From: Vulcanimicrobiota bacterium
Lineage (GTDB): Bacteria; Vulcanimicrobiota; Vulcanimicrobiia; Vulcanimicrobiales; Vulcanimicrobiaceae
Assembly: GCA_963795855.1 (NCBI GenBank)
Contig: CAWCIZ010000002.1
Location: 639,452-703,451, forward strand
Direction of reading: 5' to 3'
Length of the DNA: 64,000 nucleotides
This document shows positions 30,538 through 42,054 of this stretch, piece after piece. Every line of letters begins with the position of its first letter. The first letter of the stretch is position 1. The translations under genes and the position numbers were made by a program. Below the pieces are notes generated by a model. The model ran no database searches, was not told where the DNA came from, and worked only from the letters and a program-made list of their open reading frames with translations.

Positions 30538-30604
30538 TCTGCGTCTCCTCTCGCGGTTGCTTCCCGGCGCTATTAGCAGCCTGGGCAGCATACCCTGCGA
30601 GCGG

Positions 30605-31983
30605 TTACGGAGTGATGCCGATCGCGTTCTCGCCGAGGGCGTAGACGTAGGTCTGTTCGGCTTGCCGCAGCGCGTAAACTGCGTTGAGCTCGTCCGTCTG
30701 CGCCTGTGTGAGGCCGACCTGCGCGTTGAGCAAGAGCGGCAGCGTGGTCACGCCGGCCCGATACTGCGCCTGCGTTGCTTTGAGGATCTCTTGCCCTTTG
30801 GTGAGTTCGGCTTGCGCCTGCGCCACGGCACCCTGCGCGGTGACGAGCCCGACGAGGGCTTGCCGAACGTTCAATTCCACGCCCAAGCGCGTCTGGTCGA
30901 GTTGCGACTGCGCCAGCACGAGTTGATCTGCGGCCTGCTCCGTTTGCGCGCGCGTTATGCCCTGGTCGAAGATCGGAATGCTGAGCGTTGCGCCGACGTT
31001 GCTGCTGGGACGAAAATCCGTACCGGTGACGGTCGTGGAGTTCGTGCCGTAACCGCCGGTGGCGCTGAGCGAAGGCAGCAGATTCGAGCGCTGCACCTGT
31101 ACGTTATATTTCGCTGCGAGCACCGTGCTTTGTGCAGCCAGATAATCCGGCCGCAGCAAGAACGCGCGCGCGACCGCTTGATCGTACGCCAGCACCGGGA
31201 CGAGCGGACTGAGCGAATTGTCTTGTGCGGAGTTGGTGGGCGCGACGGCAATGTCCGCGTCCAATCCGAGTGTGTTCGCAAACGAGGCCAGCGCCGTCGC
31301 TTCCTGCCCCTGCGCCCGCACGAGAGCGACTCGCGCTTGAGCCGTCGGCAGTCTGTGCCGTGGCAAGATCTACGCGCGACGCCGTTCCCGCGCGCAGCTG
31401 CGCCTGCACGAGTGCTTCCTGGACTTCGTTTTGATGCACGACTTGCGCTGCGAGTCCGGTCGCGGCGTGCGCCTGCAGCGCCGTGTAGTACGCCTGTCCG
31501 ACGTTGAATGAAAGCGTCTCCAGATCGCGTTCGTACGTTTGCGTTCCCGCAACTGCGTTGGCGCGCGCCTGATGCAGTCTGCGCGATGAATTTGCCGCCG
31601 TCGTAAATCAACTGGCGCACCGTGGCGTTCAGCCCTTTGCTGGTGCTGCTCCCGAAACTGCGGCCCGCGAACGTGCTTTGGTTGCTGTGCGTGACGGTAG
31701 CGCTCGCGCTGACGTTGGGAAAGATCGCGGTCTTGGCCAAGTTCACGGGTATCTGCGTCAACTGCTGGTTCGCTCGCGCGGCTGCGAGCACCGGCGACTT
31801 TGCGACGGCGATGTCGAGCGCTTGCTGCAGCGTGACCTGCTGCGGCACGCCCGGCTGCGTACGCGTTTGCACTGCACTTGCGGGGAGTTGCGGTACGGCC
31901 GTCGTCGTTTGCGCGGCTGCGGGCACGGCAGTGCCTCCGGCGATGGCGAGCGCCGCGATGAGGGCAAGGGTACGCAGCTTCAT
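30605..31983 (-). CDS. TolC-family outer-membrane efflux protein (frameshifts near 31350, 31570)
   Basis: Signal peptide; VTLQQALDIA...SP; RQLIYDGG; SIPIFDQG; QYRAGVTT. Confidence 0.88.
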
Positions 31984-33234
31984 CTACTGCTGCCCGCCTT
32001 TTCGGCTGCCTGCGACGGCGACCAAACTTCCGTTCTGAAGTGCGTCGGGGCGCGTCGTGATGACGAGCGTTCCCGGTCGAACGCGCGGACTGCTCACCTC
32101 GCTGAGCGTGTCGGTTTGCAAGCCGACTTGCACGGGCACTTCGACGGCTTTGTTATCGCTGCCGACGATGAACACATTCGAACCCTGATCCGTTTGCGCG
32201 ACGGCTTGACGCGGCACGACGATGGCGTTGCGATGGTTCGCCTTTTGAATCGTCACGCTTACCAGCATGCCGCCGCGCAGGGCCGCATCGGGATTCGGCT
32301 GCTGAACGCGCGCTTGATACGAAAGCGTTCCTTGCGTCGGCACGGCGTTCACCGTGGAAATCGTCCCGCGGAAGGGACGCGATCCGAGCTGAGACGCGGT
32401 GAACGACACCGGCGTACCGGCATGCACGTACGCGAGATCGTCGTCGGGTACGTTCACGTTCACCCACACGGTGTTCGACTCTCGAAACTCTCAGCACGGC
32501 GGTACCGGGCTGCGCCATCGCGCCCGGATCGATCAGCCGCGCCGTCACGACGCCGTCAAACGGCGCGTACAGCGACGTTTGCGCGATTTGCGTGCGCAGC
32601 ACGTTTGCCTGCGCTTGCGCCGCGTGCACGGCTTCACGCGCAGCCGCAGCGTTCGAACTTTGCACGCCCGTGGTTCCCTGATTCGCAATCGCGGTTTGAT
32701 ATTGCGATTGCGCGGCGACGTATTGCGAGCGAGCCTGCTCGAGCGCGATTGCGAGACGTATCCTTGTTTGAACAGCTGCTGGTTTTGATTGTACGTCAGT
32801 TGCGCGTTCGCGAGCGCGGCCTTCGCCGACTGCGACGGCTTGCGAGGTCTGCTGCTGCGTAATCGGGACGTTCAGCGCCGAAGACTGCGCCTGCGCAGAC
32901 GCTTGAGCGATCTGCGCTTCGCACTTGCGCGAGTTGCGCGCGAAGCGTCGAATCGTCGATCTTCGCGAGCAGCTCGCCCGCGCTCACGCGATCGCCTTGG
33001 TTGACGTAGATCGCTTGCAATCGGTCCGGACTGCTGAAAAGAAAGCGTCGAATCTTCGAGCGGCGCAACTTGCCCGTCCAGCGTCAGATAGGTGGCGATG
33101 TCGCGGCGCTGCGCTTGCGCGGCCTCAACGTCCAATGCCACCGGCCCGCGCTGCTGCGTCTGCTTCGCGCATCCGCCAAGAGCCAGGCTCCGCCGCGAGC
33201 ATAGCCGCGAGCTGCCCAAGCGATGATACTGCAT
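31984..33234 (-). CDS. Efflux periplasmic adaptor (membrane fusion protein), multiple frameshifts
   Basis: SD AAGGAG before ATG 33234; VNQGDRVSAGELLAKID; LYAPFDGVV; VPVQVG. Confidence 0.85.
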
Positions 33235-33403
33235 TCTGCTCCTTCTCATCAGAAAAAAGACTTCTCTGCGTACGTACATACGTGCCGACGGCCGCTTTTG
33301 ATTCACCTTACTAAGCGAACCTTAAAAACCCCACTGACAGCGTTGCCGGCTCCTTCCGGAGCGCGGGGGAGCGTGGCGCCCGGTGTTGTATTGTCACCGG
33401 GCC

Positions 33404-33801
33404 ATGCGTGCGAAACTCGATATCGGGCGTACCTTCAGCCGGCAGACCCGCGTCGAAGAGTGGATGACCGCCGAAAAGGCCGGTAACAAGGGCGTGGACG
33501 TCCTTTCCACGCCAATGCTCGTGCAACTCATCGAGGATGCCGCCATCGCGTGCGTCGCGCCCGCTGCTGGAGGACGGCCAACTCACGCTGGGCACCCACG
33601 TCGACCTGGAGCACCACAAGCCGGTCCCGGTCGGCTTCATCGTGCGGACGGAAGTCGAAGTCGTGCTGGTGGACGGCCCGCGCGATCAGTTTTGCCGTAC
33701 AGGTCTTCGACGAACAAGAAGCCGTCGCGGAAGGAACGCACGAGCGCTACATCATGGACCGCGCAAAATTTCTCGCAAAGCTTGAAGAGAAGCTCGCTTA
33801 A
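33404..33801 (+). CDS. FlK-like hotdog-fold thioesterase (frameshifted)
   Basis: VLSTPMLVQLIEDAA, TLGTHVDLEHHKPVPVG, AEGTHERYI across frames. Confidence 0.82.
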
Positions 33802-33977
33802 CGCTACCTTTATAGACGAACGGGAGCGGCCGCCTGCACTATGCTGCAGGGGGGGCAACCCGGTTCCCGAAGGATTAACTCTGCTTGCTTAGGGGTATTT
33901 GCCGACGTGACGCCTGGTTTGTCGCAGGCCGTAGCGCCCCGGTAAGCCAAGGATTCATTCTCAGCTAGGAGGATAAC

Positions 33978-35531
33978 TTGAAACGACTGAGCACCGGAGT
34001 CCTCGCCGTGCTGTTAACAGCCGGCCTTGGACTTAGCGCGGTGGCAGCTCCGTCGCAGCCTGCATCGCATGGCAACATTGGACCCAACGCGATAGCACAG
34101 GCGACGGCGGCCCCGTCTCCGGCAGCAAGCGCTCCGGCGTCGCCCGCAGCATCGATGCACCCGCAGGCTCTCCTGCACCGCAGGATCGCTGCGCCCGCAG
34201 GCTCTGCTGCGCCGGCGGCAACGCCGATGGCGTCACCTGCCCCGGCGGCACCGGCGCCGCAACACGCCGCCGGCGAACTTCGGTTCCCCGCCGTCCGGAC
34301 AAATCCCGATCCTCTTCAACGATCACCACGTCTATGCCAAGCCCGACGAACTCAAGCAAGGCCGCGTCCTTGCCGCGCTCGTCCGCGGCGGCACCATCCT
34401 GATTCCGCTGCGCTCGATGTTCGAACAGATGGGCGCGACGGTATCGTACGATCCCGGCCAGCAAAACGGTCGACGTCACCAAGCCGGGCGCGGACGTCAA
34501 AGTGACGGTCGGTAAGCCCGAAGTCGTCATCAACGGCGAAACGCGTCCGCTCGACGTGCCGCCGGAGATGTATCAGGGCCACGTCGTCGTGCCGGTCCGC
34601 GTCATTTCCGAAGGCATGGGCGCCTACGTGCAGTGGGTTCCGGATCGCCGCATCGTCGTCGTGCGTTATCTGCCGCCGACCCCGCCGCCGCCGCCGCCGC
34701 CGCCGGCAGCCTCGCCGCCGGCACCGCCGACCCCGGCTCCGACCCCCGTTCCGACCCCGGTCGTGACGGCGTTCATCGCCGGCGACTGCATCATCTCGCC
34801 GAAGGTCTACAACGAGTTCAGCCCGGGCAACACCGGAACGAACACGAACGGACGGCTTCTCGTACCGCATCCACGGCGCGTGGGAGTTCGACATCGTCGG
34901 CCTGCCGTGGATGATCGAAGGCGACTACCGTCAGTTCAACTACCCGCACAACCAGGCGTACGGTCGACGACGTGCCGGACCAACGCAGGCGCGCATCTGC
35001 GACGGCCTGAACGGCGGTCACGCATCCGATCCGGGCGACCCGGGCTGCGTAACCGCGATCGGCGGACAGTTCTCAGACGTTCGTTCCGGCGTTCACGGTT
35101 CGCGACTACGATCGTCGATGCGCGCCTGGGTCTCGAAGGTTCTGGATCCGACAGCATCTACATCGGCGTCGGCTACATGTGGCGTTCGGGCAACTACGGC
35201 TATCCGCGTCTGAACAACGTCGGCTCGGCGTTGAGAAGACTGCCCGATCTGGATCAGAACGGCTTCACGTGGTACGGCAGCGCGTACTACTACCCGAACG
35301 TCAAGGGCACGTGCACGGGCTGCTCGACGCTCGGATGCACGACGCCGTACCGCTAACACGCTGTCGTACAACATCTTGCAAGTACGACATCGGCGGCGCG
35401 TTCACGTTCGGCTCCGAACGTACCGGTCTACTTGGAGTTCGGCTTCCTGGGCGACAAGGGCGTGGGCAAGACGAACGCCCGTCGACTTCTCGCACAACGG
35501 TCCGTACGTCGGACTGGGCCTCAAGTTCTAG
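33978..35531 (+). CDS. Secreted protein: copper-amine-oxidase-N-like domain, Pro-rich linker, C-terminal beta-barrel (frameshifted)
   Basis: SD AGGAGG before TTG; signal peptide; ILIPLRSMFEQMGATVSYD and VVPVRVISEGMGAYVQW; aromatic alternating strands ending YVGLGLKF-stop. Confidence 0.78.
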
Positions 35532-35551
35532 TCTCGTAAGAGTCTCGAACG

Positions 35552-35587
35552 AAAAGAGCCTCGCATGCGCGAGGCTCTTTTTTTTTA
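35552..35587 (+). terminator. Intrinsic terminator
   Basis: AAAAGAGCCTCGC-atgc-GCGAGGCTC followed by a long T tract. Confidence 0.92.
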
Positions 35588-35819
35588 GCTGTCTCGTGCG
35601 CAATTGCCGCGGTGAGCTCGAGACAGCGTGAGCGCCCTGTCGGAACGGAACGCCGGCCGCTGGATGCGGCTCACGCTCGCGCGGCGCATTGATGCGTTCG
35701 GCGCGTGGCGAAGATCACCGCTCGCGCAAGCGCGCAATCCGTGAGCGCTTGGGATGCGACGGATGCGTCTTTGACGGGAAATGTCCCGCCGCTTCGCCAC
35801 GATGGTGAGCGGCCGCGCA

Positions 35820-36700
35820 TCACCTCGGCGTAGGCGAAGCAGTCGCGCTGGGCAGCGGCGAGGGCGTCGGCGATGACGACGTCGACGGCGAGGGCGATGC
35901 AGACGGCGATGCGGATCCCGACGACGTCGGTGTGGGGAGCGGGAGCGGCGAGAGCGAGCCCGTCGGGACCGGCGAAGGCGTGGGCGACGGCGTCAAGCAC
36001 GGTACCGGAAGAATTTCGTCTTCGGCTGACCCGGCGCCGGCGTCGGAGTGGGGCTCGGGGTTGGACTAGGCGTGGGGCTCGCCGACGGCGAGGCGCTGGG
36101 CTTACCCGACGGATCCGGCGATGCAGCCAGTGCGAGCGTCTCGCATGCGACCGGCGTCGCGAAGTAGTGCTCGGTAAAACCGATCGCGAGATCTTTCTTC
36201 AGGGCCTTGCCGAAGAAACTCGCCGGCCACTTCTTGATGACGATATGCGCGTAATCCCACGCTTTCTCTTGGTACGTCTGAACCCACACTTTGCGGTACA
36301 TCTGAAACGCGAGAAAGTACGACGCGCGAGCTGCGGATCGTTCGGATATTTTTTCGCCCACGCGGTCAGCGCGTCATCCGCAAAAGATACGGCAGAGAGA
36401 TCTTCGGATCGGTCGTATACGATCGCCGGCCCGAATGAGGTCGTCGCGAAACGTGTTGTTGATGCCGAGATAACTCATCTTCATGCGGCCGAAGTACTCG
36501 TCGCCCGGCGCGGACACTCTTCATCATTTCGTTGACGTGCTGCTGCCATTTCGAAAGCTGCGGGGCGCTTAGTTTTCGAACTCGCCGCTGTTTTGCCGGC
36601 TTTGCTGCCGGGCGCGACGGCGACCGGAGCAGCCGCAACCGAGCCTGCGAATACCAAGGCAACGGCCGGCGGCAGATAAGGACAAGAACGCGCGTTTCAA
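35820..36700 (-). CDS. Secreted hypothetical protein with Pro/Ser/Thr-rich tail (frameshifted)
   Basis: Signal-like N-terminus; DEYFGRMKMSYLGINN; PSPTP repeats. Confidence 0.65.
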
Positions 36701-36767
36701 CAACAACCCTTTCTCTGGCGGAAGCGAATCCTTTTACCAGGAACGTTCTTCACGCCTGCGCGTTCGC

Positions 36768-37274
36768 TTACTTCAAGTCTCTGTAATCCAACTTGCGGCG
36801 CAGCGTCGCGCGCGCCTGCGCGCCATACGGCGGTATCCGCGTAACGTGCAAGAAGCCATTGAACGCGCGAGTTGCGTCGTCGTGTCCGTGCGGGGTAGGA
36901 CGCTGCGCGTAAAGCGACGTGAGATCGAAGACGCTTTTCGCGAGCCACGGGTCGGCGGGATATTTGTGCTCCCAATCGTGCAGCGCGTCTTCGACGAAGG
37001 CGGCGGCGCCGAGCACGTCGTCACCCTTGTCCGGCGCGTATTGGAGCGCGGAGCGAGAGTCGCGCAACTGATTTCGGATTCCGAGAATGCTCATCTTCAG
37101 ACGGCCGAAATATTCGTCGGCAGGCGCGACGCGTAAAACGGCATGCCGCTTGGCAATCGCGTGATGATGTTTGACCGCTGCTCGAGATGCGGTTGGCCGC
37201 AGCCGTCGAGACAGCCGGATGACAAGCCGACCGCGAGAACGATAAAGATAACGGCGGATGTGCGCACAGCGCAC
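36768..37274 (-). CDS. Secreted hypothetical protein, paralog of the downstream gene (frameshifted)
   Basis: SD AAGGAG before GTG; APADEYFGRLKMSILGIRN; DWEHKYPADPWL. Confidence 0.7.
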   Translation of the reverse strand: MRCAHIRRYLYRSRGRLVIRLSRRLRPTASRAAVKHHHAIAKRHAVLRVAPADEYFGRLKMSILGIRNQLRDSRSALQYAPDKGDDVLGAAAFVEDALHDWEHKYPADPWLAKSVFDLTSLYAQRPTPHGHDDATRAFNGFLHVTRIPPYGAQARATLRRKLDYRDLK

Positions 37275-37400
37275 CGCTCCTTTCCCTCCCCTACGTTAAG
37301 TTTCGACCAGCTTGCTCGCTCCAGTTTAGCTGCTTGCTCTGCCGCAAAGCGGGGCGGCGGGGGCGAAAGGATGCGGGCGCGCCGCGAGCACCTGTCCAGC

Positions 37401-38696
37401 ATGGCCCGCACCCTCGCGTCGCCGCAGTTCAGCTGCGCGGCGCACGATCGCGCGTCATTTCATGCCGCGTGGCCGCGGATTAGCGCAGCGCGTCGAGGCC
37501 GCCGCAGCCGACGGTGCGCGACTGATCGTTCTGCCGGAAGGCGACGCTGCCGGCCTACGTGCTCGGGCTACGAGCGCGTTCGACGAGGCCGAAATCCAGC
37601 GGCGCGATCGTGCAATGCCGAGCGCTCGCGCGATGCGAGCGGCATCGTGCTGGTCATCGGCGCGGCGCAGCCGCGAGGGCGAGCGCATGTTCAACAGCGC
37701 CATGCGTCATCGATGCGGATGGGAGCATCGCGGGCGCGGCCGACAAGCATTTCTTATGGCACTTCGATCGCCAATGGTTCGCGCCCGGCGAACGCATCGA
37801 ACCGATACGCACCAGCGTCGGCGCGCTCGGCGTGCTGGTCTGCGCGGACGGCCGCATTCCGCACGATTGCAAGTACGCTGGTGGATCGCGGGTGCAGAGA
37901 TCCTGGTGATGCCGACCGCCTGGGTGACGAGCGGCCGCGATCCCGAGAATCTCGAAAACGTGCAGGCCGATCTGCTCGCGCGCGTGCGCGCGCGCGAAAA
38001 TCGCGTACCGTTCGTCGCGGCGAACAAATGCGGCGTCGAACTGGGTTGCGTAGCGTATTGCGGCAAGAGTCAGATCGTCGCCGCGACGGTACGATCGGCG
38101 GCGCTCGCGTCCGAAGATGCGGCACGAAACGATCGTCGCGGAAGTTGAGATCGGATCCGACGCCGAGCGCCGCCGCGGTTCATCGCTGCGGTTCCTGCGC
38201 CGCATTCCGGCGAACGCGCCCTGCACCGCATTGCGATAGCGGCGTCGACTTCGGCGATGAACCGCTGCTGAAGAACGATTGCGCATACTCGAAGCGCAAT
38301 TGTTGGAAGCCGGAGTCGACTATCCTCGCACGCGCGATCCAGCATGGCGATGGCGTTCGTCGACGACAATCGTTCTGGATCCGGCGGCGCTTGGCCGGCA
38401 TACCGAATCGCCGGGCGTGCGACGTGTGGTGTGGAACACGTCGTACGAACCGCATTGGCAGGTCCGATTTGCACGCGCGCGCGCGCTTGGAATTGCGCAT
38501 GTACGTCGTCGTCATCGAAGCGCGCGCGAACGCGCCTTCGCGGTCGATCCCGACGGCGCGGTCATATGCGGCACGTTCGGCGACTACGACGTCGCGAGTT
38601 TCACGTACGATCCCGCACGCACCGGCAAACCGTCGTTGCGCCGGGGACGGACGTGCTCGAGCCGGCCTGGAGCGTGCCGCGGCGCATGCGCGCTAA
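37401..38696 (+). CDS. Carbon-nitrogen hydrolase (nitrilase superfamily), heavily frameshifted
   Basis: Triad fragments LIVLPEG, ADKHFLWHFD, LVCADGR; RARENRVPFVAANK; YCGKSQI. Confidence 0.8.
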   Translation: MARTLASPQFSCAAHDRASFHAAWPRISAARRGRRSRRCATDRSAGRRRCRPTCSGYERVRRGRNPAARSCNAERSRDASGIVLVIGAAQPRGRAHVQQRHASSMRMGASRARPTSISYGTSIANGSRPANASNRYAPASARSACWSARTAAFRTIASTLVDRGCRDPGDADRLGDERPRSRESRKRAGRSARARARARKSRTVRRGEQMRRRTGLRSVLRQESDRRRDGTIGGARVRRCGTKRSSRKLRSDPTPSAAAVHRCGSCAAFRRTRPAPHCDSGVDFGDEPLLKNDCAYSKRNCWKPESTILARAIQHGDGVRRRQSFWIRRRLAGIPNRRACDVWCGTRRTNRIGRSDLHARARLELRMYVVVIEARANAPSRSIPTARSYAARSATTTSRVSRTIPHAPANRRCAGDGRARAGLERAAAHAR

Positions 38697-39936
38697 GAAC
38701 GCATTTGCAATCGCCGCCGCACTCGCGCTGCTGCGGAACGGCGCCGCGCGATCGCCTACACCGCTTCACCGGATCGTTCAAGATCTGACGTGGACGCCGG
38801 GCCGTATGTCGCCGGCAGCCGCGTGCAACGTCGCGTCTTCGGGCGTAGCCGGGACCGTTCGCGTTCTCGCTGCTGGCCCCGGGCGAATCGAAGGCGAACA
38901 GTTCGTCGTTCCGGTCGTCGTTCGCAAGAAACCGGCGTCACGCTCATCGGCAGCGCGCACGGCGCCGTCGCGCTCGCAAACGGTCGACGATCGTTCCGGC
39001 GCCGGCCGCACGCACGCCGCTGATTGCCGTTGCGTCGTACGAGACGGCATCGCGCTGCACGAGCAGCGAACGTTTCGTTCTGCTCGGCTACTCTCGATAT
39101 CGGCGGCGCGCCGGGAGACGTGGCGTTTGCGGAGCCGCGGCGACATTTTTGCCCCCGACACCGACGGCGACGCGCTTCGGCCGTTACTCGCGAACCCCTG
39201 GGATGCTGCGCATCGTTCCGGCGTGGCCGCAAGGCAACGAGGTCGCGGTCGACCGCACGATCGGCGAACGTATTCGTCAGCGATCGCGACGCGGGCGGCC
39301 GGCGCGCTTACCGCGTGATTACGCCCGGCGGGCGGATCACCGCTCGTTAAAACCGGCAATACCGCCGAAGGCTTGACCATCGATCCGCGGCGCGGCCTGG
39401 TGTACGTCGGAAACGTGAACGACAACAGCGTTGCGGTCGTCGACGCACGCACGATGCGCTTGGTCGCAAAACTTCCGAGCGTGGATCGCACGTTCGGTAT
39501 CGCGCTCGATCGCGCGCAAGCAGCGTCTGTACGTCGTTTCCAATTCAAGCCCGGGGATGAACCCGCAGCGGCGGATTACGTTGCGGCGATCGACTTGCAG
39601 TTCGCACGGCCGCGCATCGTCAAGCGCAGCGCCAGATATTTCACGTTTCCGCTCGGCGCGGCGGTAGACGAGCGGCGCGCGCCGGCTGTTCGTGACGGAC
39701 GAAGCTGCGCAACGTCGGTGTACGTGCTGAACGCGAAGACGCTGCGCGCCGCTGCGACGCGCCGCTCGATACGTGCGGCACGCCGTGGCGGCCGCCGATC
39801 GCAGCGGGCGGCTGTTCGTTCCGTGCGCCCGATTCGGACAAAGTCGACGTGTTCGATCTTCGCGACGCTGCGCCGCGTCCGCGGCGCGCCGTTCGCAACG
39901 GGAGGTTTTCCGCTGAGCGTCGCGCTTTGGCCGTAG
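38686..39936 (+). CDS. YncE/YVTN-like beta-propeller protein, heavily frameshifted
   Basis: GLTIDPRRGLVYVGNVNDNSVAVVDA, RTFGIALD, TGGFPLSVA. Confidence 0.68.
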
Positions 39937-42046
39937 GCGCCGTTCTGCTCGCGGCGAGCCTGCTGCCGCTCGCTCCGCAGCCCGCCGCGCCGTTTCCGAA
40001 AATCCTTACGGACGCCCCGTGATTTCACGACGTCGCGCCGGGCGTCGCGTACGGCGATTACAGATGCTGACGCGGACGGGCCGCTTTCGGTTCACGTCAT
40101 CGCCGTCGATCTGCACGACCCGACGGTTCGCTCGGCACGGCGCTCGCGCAAGACCGGCTCGTCTCGCCGCGGCGAAACCGTTTCGTCGATGGCGCAGCGC
40201 GACCGGAGCCGTCGCGGCATCAACGGCGACTACTTCGACATCAATCAAACGAATCAGCCGCTGAACATCCTGGTTCCGAACGGTGAACTCATCGCGCGTG
40301 CCGATGCAGCGCTGGGCGCTCGCATTCGCCAAGAACAAGGTGCCGCAATTCGCGGAGTTTACGGTTCAGGCGAGTCGCGGCAGTTACCCGGCGGAACGCT
40401 GCCGCTCAAGACGATGAACGATTGGCCGCCACCGGGCGGCGGGGCCGTGTTTATTACACCGGAATACGGAGCGCTGCGCGCCGTAGACAACGTCACGGAA
40501 TATGCGCTCAATCCGAACAACGGCACGCCGCCGTTCGCAACATACCGCGTCGACGCCGTCGCCGACAACACGCGCTGTGCAAGCCGCCGGGATATTATCT
40601 CGCGATCGGACACGCAGGCATACGGCACGGTACCACTGCCGAAGCCGGGCGATGCGATTACCGTCGGCGAGACGCGACTCCGCCGCTCGATGGGCTGACG
40701 TCCGCGATCGGCGGCGGTCCGCTGCTCGTGAAAGACGGCGCGTGGTATGCGGATCCGGACGGTCCGAATCGCGGCGAATTTGCTACGCACATGCCCGCTA
40801 CGGCAGCCGGAGTTACGCGCGACGGGACGCTGCTGCTCTTCGAAATCGACGGCCGGCAGCCGGCACTTTCCATCGGCGTGCTGCAGCCGCAGCTCGCCTC
40901 GCTCATGATCGCGTTCGGCGTGCAAACCGGCATGCAATTCGACGGCGGCGGAAGCTCGACGATCGTCGCGCGGCTCCCGGGCGACGCGAACGCCGCGGTG
41001 CAGAATTCTCCGTCCGACGGCATCGAGCGGCGCGTCGGCGACGCGCTGCTCGTCTACAGCGATGCCCGTACGGGGCTGCATCGAAACTCTATCGCATCGC
41101 CGCAGACCGTGCGCGCGTTTCCCGGCGCGCGCGTTCCGCTTCGCATCGCCGTCACCGATGCTTCCGGGCATGCGATAAAGACGTGCTCGTGCGACATGCA
41201 TTTCCGCGTCGTTCCCAGCAACGCCGGGCGATCAGCGGCAGCGCTTTCATTGCCGGAACCCGGCCCGAGGACGCAACGATTTCCGTACGGAGCGGCTCGC
41301 TGCACATGGCCGTTCCGGTCCGCGTCACGACAGCAGTTGCGCGCGCGCAAGTTCTCCCGCTGCAGCCGGTGCTGCAGGCGCATGAAACCGTCGCATTTGC
41401 AAGCGCGCGCGTACGACGCGCACGGGTATCCGATCGCGCTTCCGGATCGCGCTTCCGTGGCAAGCGCGCGACGGGTCTATCGACGATCGCGGCAATCTTC
41501 GCGCCGGCGATCGCAACGTCGACGTAAGCCTGCGACTCGGCGAGCGAGACGATCCGCCAAACGGTCATCGTCGGCGAACACGCGCAGGCCGTCGCATTTC
41601 GACGGCGCGATATTTTCTACGGCCCCGCGCGGCGGCGCGGGCGGCATCGCACTTGCATCGCCGTGCGCGCAGTGCATCACGCTGAAGCTACGATTTCACG
41701 GGCGACGAACGCGCCGCGTACATCGACGACACGATCGCGCTTCCGCAGCGCGCGCTCGGCGTTGGCGCGGACGTGTTCGGCGACGGCAACGGCGAAGTAC
41801 TTCGTCTCGCAGTCGACAATGCGATCAACGAGCGCTTCCTCTACACGATGGCAACCGTCAATTGGCGCGGCTGGCGGCGCGTCGAGTTTCGTTTTCCCGC
41901 TGGGCTACCTCAGCCGATCACGCTCAAGTCGGTATACGTCATCAATCGCGTCGGCCCGATGCAGCCGGTAACGTCCGCCGGCGCCATATCGCGTGAGGAA
42001 TCTGCGTAGTGCTGCTGGCAGGCAGGGCGCCGAACCCTCCTCAATA
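39927..42046 (+). CDS. Phosphodiester glycosidase (NAGPA/DUF2233) family secreted protein, heavily frameshifted
   Basis: GINGDYFD, AIGGGPLLV, IDGRQ, QFDGGGSST, SPSDG; C-terminal VNWRGWR module. Confidence 0.78.
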
Positions 42047-42054
42047 GCGCAGCC

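Noticed and set aside
35585..35820. Possible small gene starting at a TGATG overlap (35820, minus)
   Set aside because: Lies in the indel-rich zone; no coherent product or motif could be recovered.
35820..36130. Short tandem-like repeats here and at 34670-34760 and 57880-58170
   Set aside because: They encode Pro/Ser/Thr/Ala linkers; no repeat-spacer periodicity and no cas genes, so not CRISPR.
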